Shown here: piece by piece, positions 49,099 to 53,992 of the stretch
Layout: each line of letters opens with the position of its first letter
Position numbering within the stretch: the first letter of the stretch is position 1
NCBI GenBank assembly: GCA_014529615.1
Contig: JAABVD010000002.1
Coordinates: forward strand, 1,750 to 55,741
Direction of reading: 5' to 3'
DNA: 53,992 bases
From: Opitutia bacterium
GTDB lineage: Bacteria > Verrucomicrobiota > Verrucomicrobiia > Opitutales > UBA2995
Translations under genes and position numbers: made by a program
The notes under the pieces: generated by a model
Seen by the model: only the letters and a program-made list of their open reading frames with translations
Told to the model about the DNA's origin: nothing
The model's database searches: none

Positions 49099-49995
49099 AT
49101 GAAACCACTCCTCGCACTGTTCTTGGCACTTTGCCTGCAATCGACTCTTTCGGGTCAGGCGAACAAAGGTCGCGTTCTTCCCGAAGGTGTTGTGGTGGAA
49201 AGAGATATTGTCTACGAGCGCGTGGGCGACCGGGAACTTCCCTTGGATTTGTACCGGCCTGCCGACACCCGGGAACCTCTACCCTTGGTCATATGGGTTC
49301 ACGGAGGAGGTTGGCGCAAAGGGAGCAAGGAGGGGATCAGAAATTGCGTGGGTGTCCTGAACCACGGTTATGCCCTGGCTTCGGTCGAATACCGTCTCAG
49401 CGGGGAGGCGATATTCCCCGCCGCCATCGAGGACTGCAAGGCGGCGGTAAGTTTTCTCCGGCTCAACGCGGAGCGTTATGGCCTGGATCCGGAGCGGTTC
49501 GGGGCCTGGGGATCCTCGGCCGGGGGACATCTCGTGGCACTACTTGGCGCGACCAACGACGTGGATGATTTCAACACCCACCCGATTACGGAAAAGGCCT
49601 CTCCCGCCGTTCAGGCCGTCTGCAATTGGTTTGGGCCAACCGACTTTCTCCGCATGAACGATGTCCCGGGAAGAATCGATCACGATGCCCGCGACTCGCC
49701 CGAATCGCTCTTCCTCGGAGGACCCATCCAGGAAAACAAACATTTGGCCCGGAAAGCCAATCCGATCACCTACGTCTCTCCTTCGGATCCCCCCATGCTC
49801 ATAATGCATGGGGATAAGGATGCCGCCGTTATCTTTAATCAGAGTGAACTGTTGGCGGCTGCCTTGGAGAAGGCAGGAGTTCCCCACCGGTTGCACAAGG
49901 TTGTCAATGGCGGCCACGGATTTGGGGGAGCGGACGAAAGTAGAGAGGCCCTGTTCGAGCGCGTTCTCAGTTTTTTCAACGAGGAACTGAAATAG
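49099..49995 (+). CDS. Secreted alpha/beta-hydrolase (carboxylesterase/lipase-like)
   Basis: It has a signal peptide, the oxyanion motif VHGGGW, the nucleophile elbow GSSAGGH, and late Asp/His residues (HGDKD...GGHGF). Confidence 0.82.
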   Translation: MKPLLALFLALCLQSTLSGQANKGRVLPEGVVVERDIVYERVGDRELPLDLYRPADTREPLPLVIWVHGGGWRKGSKEGIRNCVGVLNHGYALASVEYRLSGEAIFPAAIEDCKAAVSFLRLNAERYGLDPERFGAWGSSAGGHLVALLGATNDVDDFNTHPITEKASPAVQAVCNWFGPTDFLRMNDVPGRIDHDARDSPESLFLGGPIQENKHLARKANPITYVSPSDPPMLIMHGDKDAAVIFNQSELLAAALEKAGVPHRLHKVVNGGHGFGGADESREALFERVLSFFNEELK

Positions 49996-50109
49996 CGGAG
50001 CAAGGGGCGCTGTGCGACACTGGGCTCCGGAGTTTAACGCCGTTGGCGTAATAGCCAAATGTTTGAATCGGTTGATCGGGCCAATAGATGGGCTCTTTGG
50101 CAGGCCCAT

Positions 50110-50176
50110 AATCGTGATCTTGATCTCTCTCCTTTTCCCCAATTCCTAATTCCCAATTGGCGCGCCCCAGCGCGCC
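50110..50176. repeat. Intergenic module mosaic R9 (D'-C'-B')
   Basis: The sequence is AATCGTGATCTTGATCTC (2 GATC), then CCAATTCCTAATTCCCAATT, then GGCGCGCCCCAGCGCGCC at 50159-50176. This is the reverse complement of the B-C-D order seen in R1. Confidence 0.85.
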
Positions 50177-50209
50177 TTTGCACCCCATACAGGGTTCAAA
50201 GATGGACAG

Positions 50210-50294
50210 TGGTGCCCAAGGGGGGACTCGAACCCCCACGCCGTTAAGCACATGAACCTGAATCATGCGTGTCTACCAATTTCACCACCTGGGC
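50210..50294 (-). tRNA. tRNA-Leu(CAG), type II, CCA encoded
   Basis: In the reverse complement the acceptor is GCCCAGG/CTTGGGC, the anticodon arm is CATGA-TTCAGGT-TCATG and the T arm is GGGGG-TTCGAGT-CCCCC. A long variable arm is present, followed by ACCA. Confidence 0.92.
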
Positions 50295-50351
50295 ATTCAC
50301 AAGAAGCCGGCAATTGCACATTTCAATCGAACATTTGCCAAGTCCAAAAAT

Positions 50352-50412
50352 GGGGAGGCGCCCGAGGCCGCCTCCCCTCTCCTTCTCTGTGCTCTCTGCG
50401 ACCTCTGTGGTT
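50352..50412. repeat. Intergenic module mosaic R10 (B-like hairpin-K)
   Basis: GGAGGCG-CCCGAGGC-CGCCTCC is followed by CTCTGTGCTCTCTGCGACCTCTGTGGTTA. Confidence 0.8.
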
Positions 50413-50502
50413 AGTTCATGCTGAGGGCGCCTTGGGTGGATGCGAATCCAGCAAAAAGAATTTTACTGGATAAGAAATAGGCCTGCCTTCATCTTCGAAT
50501 CC

Positions 50503-52182
50503 ATGAAAAGGAGCGGTTTTTTCGCAGGATTGACCCCTTTTATCCTCCTGGGTCTGACAGCCGGATGCGGACCTAAATTTAAGGATGTGGAAAGAGCTCA
50601 AAGGGAGGGCATACTGTTGCGGGGAAATAGTACCGAACCCGAAACACTCGATCCCCACGTCGCCACCGGGGTACCTGAAAACCAGATCATCTCCTGTTTG
50701 ATCGAAGGTTTGATTGCCTACCATCCCAATGACGACACCGCCATCGAATACGGCATGGCCGAACGGTTTGAGACCAATGCGGCCGGGGACGTTTACACCT
50801 TTCACTTGCGCGACGCCAAATGGACCAATGGGGATGCCGTAACGGCGTGGGATTTCGATTACAGTTATCGGCGGATACTGACTCCGGAATTGGGAGCGGA
50901 ATATGTCAGCATGCTATTCGTCATCAAAAATGCCCAACGCTATTTCGAGTCGCGGGTCACACCCAAACCGGGGGAACAACCGCTGCCGTGGGAAGAGGTC
51001 GGCCTGAAGGTCTTGGAGGATAAAACCCTGGAAATTACCCTCACTGGCCCCATGCCCCATTTCCCCCTCATGCTCAAACACTACTCCTGGTTCCCGGTAA
51101 ATCCCCGAACGATTGAAGCCCACGGGGGCATGACCAATCGGGATGGACAATGGTTTGCCGCAGGCAACTTTGTGGGCAATGGCGCTTTCCGCCTGAAATC
51201 GTGGAGGACCAACCAAATCCTGGAAGTGGAAAAAAACCCGGACTACTGGGATGCCGACAGGGTCAGGTTGAACGGCATTCGTTTCTTTCCCGTGGAAAGC
51301 GCGGACACGGAAGGGCGGATGTTCAAGGCCGGTCAACTCCACCTCACCGATAATGTGCCCCTTCATGAAATCCCCATCTACCGGCAAAAGTTGCCCCACC
51401 TGATACGAACAGATCCCTACCTGGGCACTTATTTTTACCGGATAAATCTAACGCGGGAAGGGCCGTTGCAGGATGTCCGGGTGCGCCGGGCCCTGGCCCT
51501 GTCCATCGACCGGGCTTCCCTGGTCGACAACGTTCTGAAGGGCGGTCAGACTCCGGCCCTCTTTTACGTGCCCCGCGGAATTCCCGGATATGCCCCAAAG
51601 GATTTTCTCCGTTTTGATCCGACCGAAGCACAGCGTCTCATGGCGGAAGCGGGTTATCCCGGGGGAAAGGATTTTCCCGTTTTGGAGATCCTCTACAACA
51701 CCCGGGAGGAGCACAAAACCATTGCCGAAACCATCCAGCAGATGTGGAAGCAAACCCTCGGCATTAACCTGAGACTCCACAACCAGGAATGGAAGGTCTA
51801 CCTCGACGCACAATCCAATTTCGAATACGATATCGCCAGGGCCGGGTGGATCGGGGACTTCGTGGATCCCTACACCTTCCTGGAAATGTTTACCACGGGT
51901 AATGGGAACAATGATACCGGATGGTCAAATGAACGCTACGATGGGTTGATTGCCAGCTCCATCCGGACCGGCCAGACCTCAAAACGTTTCGCCCTGCTGG
52001 AGGAGGCCGAATCCATTCTCATGGATGAACTCCCCATCATTCCGATCTATATCTATACCAAAACCATCCTCCTGCATCCCGCCGTGAAAAACTGGAATCC
52101 CAAGCTGCTGGACAACCGCAATATGAAATATATCTGGCTGGAGGAGGGCCCAACCCAGCCGCAAGCGTCAAAATTGTATTGA
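50503..52182 (+). CDS. ABC transporter substrate-binding lipoprotein, family 5 (OppA/DppA-like, peptide/nickel)
   Basis: It has a lipoprotein signal with LLGLTAGC, the size and motifs of SBP family 5 (WTNGDAVTAWDF, NPDYWD), and sits upstream of two permease genes. Confidence 0.88.
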   Translation: MKRSGFFAGLTPFILLGLTAGCGPKFKDVERAQREGILLRGNSTEPETLDPHVATGVPENQIISCLIEGLIAYHPNDDTAIEYGMAERFETNAAGDVYTFHLRDAKWTNGDAVTAWDFDYSYRRILTPELGAEYVSMLFVIKNAQRYFESRVTPKPGEQPLPWEEVGLKVLEDKTLEITLTGPMPHFPLMLKHYSWFPVNPRTIEAHGGMTNRDGQWFAAGNFVGNGAFRLKSWRTNQILEVEKNPDYWDADRVRLNGIRFFPVESADTEGRMFKAGQLHLTDNVPLHEIPIYRQKLPHLIRTDPYLGTYFYRINLTREGPLQDVRVRRALALSIDRASLVDNVLKGGQTPALFYVPRGIPGYAPKDFLRFDPTEAQRLMAEAGYPGGKDFPVLEILYNTREEHKTIAETIQQMWKQTLGINLRLHNQEWKVYLDAQSNFEYDIARAGWIGDFVDPYTFLEMFTTGNGNNDTGWSNERYDGLIASSIRTGQTSKRFALLEEAESILMDELPIIPIYIYTKTILLHPAVKNWNPKLLDNRNMKYIWLEEGPTQPQASKLY

Positions 52183-52231
52183 GAAAGCGGCCCGTGATCG
52201 GTGTCTTCCTGGGTAGGGTTTCCGGCCACAG

Positions 52232-53233
52232 ATGTTTAGATTTATCCTCATTCGGCTCCTTCAACTCGTCCCGGTATTGTTGGTTATCATCACCTTGACC
52301 TTCGTCCTGGTCAGGAGCGTGCCGGGCGGGCCCTTCAGCGCCGAGCGCAAGGTATCGGAGCACGTCCTGGAAAAACTGAACGAACATTACGGCCTGAACG
52401 ACCCGCTATATATTCAGTATTTCAACTATCTGAAGAACATCTGTCCCAAAAAGTTGAACCCGTCCGCTTTGGCGGATTTCGATCTCAAGGAAGGTCTGGG
52501 CATCGACCTGGGGCCTTCTTTCCGTTACGAAGGGCGAACCGTCAACGAACTCATAGCCGAATCGTTTCCCGTTTCCTTCGAACTGGGGGCTTACGCCCTG
52601 TTTCTGGCCCTGCTCATCGGGATTCCGGCGGGGACGCTGGCGGCGCTGAAAAAAAATACCCTCCTGGATTACATTCCCATGTCTTCCGCTATGATGGGTA
52701 TCTGCCTGCCGTCTTTTGTCCTGGGTCCGTTATTCGCTTTGGTATTTGGCCTGTGGCTGGACTGGTTTCCCGTTTCGGGATGGCAGTCGCCGGGTGGATT
52801 TTCCTGGGCCGATGACCTGCCCTACAAAATCCTGCCAGCCATGACCCTGGGAATTTTCTACGCCGCCGGTCTGGCCCGGTTGACCCGCGGGGGCATGCTC
52901 GAAGTACTGAACCAGGACTACATTCGCACGGCGCGGGCCAAGGGCCTGAGCAGTTTTGTGGTGACCGTCAAACACGCCCTGCGCGCGGGATTACTGCCCG
53001 TCATTTCATACTTCGGCCCGGTGGTGGCGGGCGTGCTTTCCGGCTCCTTTATCATCGAAATGATTTTCCAGATCCCGGGCCTCGGTCGTCACTTCATCAA
53101 CGCGGCCAATAACCGCGATTACACCCTGGTCCTGGGAACGGTTCTCTTCTACGCCACCCTGATCATTCTGCTCAATCTCATCGTGGATGTCATCCTGGTC
53201 CTGATGAATCCCAAACTGAAATTCGACAAGTGA
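52232..53233 (+). CDS. ABC transporter permease (OppB/DppB-like)
   Basis: The N-terminus is MFRFILIRLLQLVPVLLVIITLTFVL. The EAA-type loop is YIRTARAKGLS...ALRAGLLPV. Confidence 0.92.
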   Translation: MFRFILIRLLQLVPVLLVIITLTFVLVRSVPGGPFSAERKVSEHVLEKLNEHYGLNDPLYIQYFNYLKNICPKKLNPSALADFDLKEGLGIDLGPSFRYEGRTVNELIAESFPVSFELGAYALFLALLIGIPAGTLAALKKNTLLDYIPMSSAMMGICLPSFVLGPLFALVFGLWLDWFPVSGWQSPGGFSWADDLPYKILPAMTLGIFYAAGLARLTRGGMLEVLNQDYIRTARAKGLSSFVVTVKHALRAGLLPVISYFGPVVAGVLSGSFIIEMIFQIPGLGRHFINAANNRDYTLVLGTVLFYATLIILLNLIVDVILVLMNPKLKFDK

Positions 53234-53992
53234 GCGCCCCCTCCACCAACCGGGAAGAAGCCGTCTTCCAAGGGGAGAGTTTTTCGCTCTGGGATGACGC
53301 CTGGCGGCGGCTCACCCAAAACAAGCTGGCCCTGGGCGGCCTGGTATATTTTGTCATCCTGGCCGCCCTCTGCTTTTCATCCCCCATCATAGCCTGGTTG
53401 ACGGGTCTGAGTTACCAGGAACAGGACTTGGCGCTGGGGGCCACCCCCCCTTCCCTCGCCCACTGGTTCGGCACCGACGACCTCGGACGCGACCAATTGA
53501 TCCGTTGCCTCTATGGCGGCATGGTGTCGATCGGGGTGGGGATCGCCGCTACCTGCGTCTCCATCGTGATTGGGGGGGCCTACGGATCGATTGCCGGATA
53601 CGCGGGGAGAAAGACGGACGCGGCCATGATGCGGATCGTCGATATTCTCTATTCGCTCCCCTTTATCATCTTCGTCATCCTGCTGACGGTCTACTTTGGC
53701 CGAAACATCTTCCTGCTCTTTGTGGCCATCGGTTGCGTGGAATGGCTGACGCTTTCCCGAATCGTCAGGGGTCAGGTGCTGCACCTGAAAGTTCAACAGT
53801 TCGTAGAGGTGGCCAGAACCCTGGGATCGAAAGAAAAAGACATCATATTAAAGCATCTCTTTCCCAATGTTCTCGGACCGGTCATCATCTATTCCACCCT
53901 GACCGTTCCAGGCGTCATGCTGCTCGAGTCGGCCCTGAGTTTCGTCGGTTTGGGGGTCCAACCGCCCATGAGCAGTTGGGGATCCCTGATCA
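53230..53992 (+). CDS. ABC transporter permease (OppC/DppC-like), 3'-truncated by the window edge
   Basis: The GTG start overlaps the upstream TGA (GTGA). The translation contains HWFGTDDLGRDQLIRCLYG and MRIVDILYSLPFII, and FVEVARTLG marks the EAA-type loop region. The frame is still open at position 53992. This ORF is absent from the ORF track. Confidence 0.85.
   Translation, partial: MSAPSTNREEAVFQGESFSLWDDAWRRLTQNKLALGGLVYFVILAALCFSSPIIAWLTGLSYQEQDLALGATPPSLAHWFGTDDLGRDQLIRCLYGGMVSIGVGIAATCVSIVIGGAYGSIAGYAGRKTDAAMMRIVDILYSLPFIIFVILLTVYFGRNIFLLFVAIGCVEWLTLSRIVRGQVLHLKVQQFVEVARTLGSKEKDIILKHLFPNVLGPVIIYSTLTVPGVMLLESALSFVGLGVQPPMSSWGSLI

Overview
This is a 53,992-nt window of about 50-55% GC, judged by eye. 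It looks like a Gram-negative, PVC/Verrucomicrobiota-like genome or MAG; that assignment is inferred from gene content and repeat style and no search was possible. Most of the window is housekeeping. It contains dnaE, ruvC interrupted by an in-frame TGA, recF, a cysteine desulfurase, kdsD, and an ECF sigma / anti-sigma / HtrA-like operon. It also contains a small bS22-like ORF that is missing from the ORF track, rpsT, RNase P RNA, an Rrf2 regulator, gyrB-gyrA, tRNA-Met(CAT), and rpsB-tsf. A 10-gene tandem TonB2-type cluster (DUF3450 / long ExbB / ExbB / ExbD / TonB / TPR) follows, then kdsB, carA and a KamA-family radical SAM enzyme. The last part holds a DUF4143 ATPase with an orphan DNA methyltransferase, a CaCA antiporter, an SRAP/YedK peptidase, DoxX, a metallophosphoesterase, an esterase, tRNA-Leu(CAG) and an Opp/Dpp-type ABC transporter that runs off the 3' edge. 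The genes do not explain four things. (1) At least ten intergenic gaps, about 5% of the window, are built from the same ~12 short modules: period-6, period-7 and period-8 micro-arrays, GC hairpins and a nested palindrome, shuffled in order and orientation. They include nine (GATCAN)n arrays with 2-7 GATC sites each. (2) A GC-rich glpD sits between two diverged copies of the rrf2 5' end and the rrf2-gyrB intergenic segment. (3) The HtrA/PDZ protein in the ECF sigma operon appears to have lost all three catalytic residues. (4) A ~140-160 bp element with terminal inverted repeats occurs twice. Module coordinates are accurate to about +/-3 nt. All homology calls come from reading motifs by eye, not from searches.
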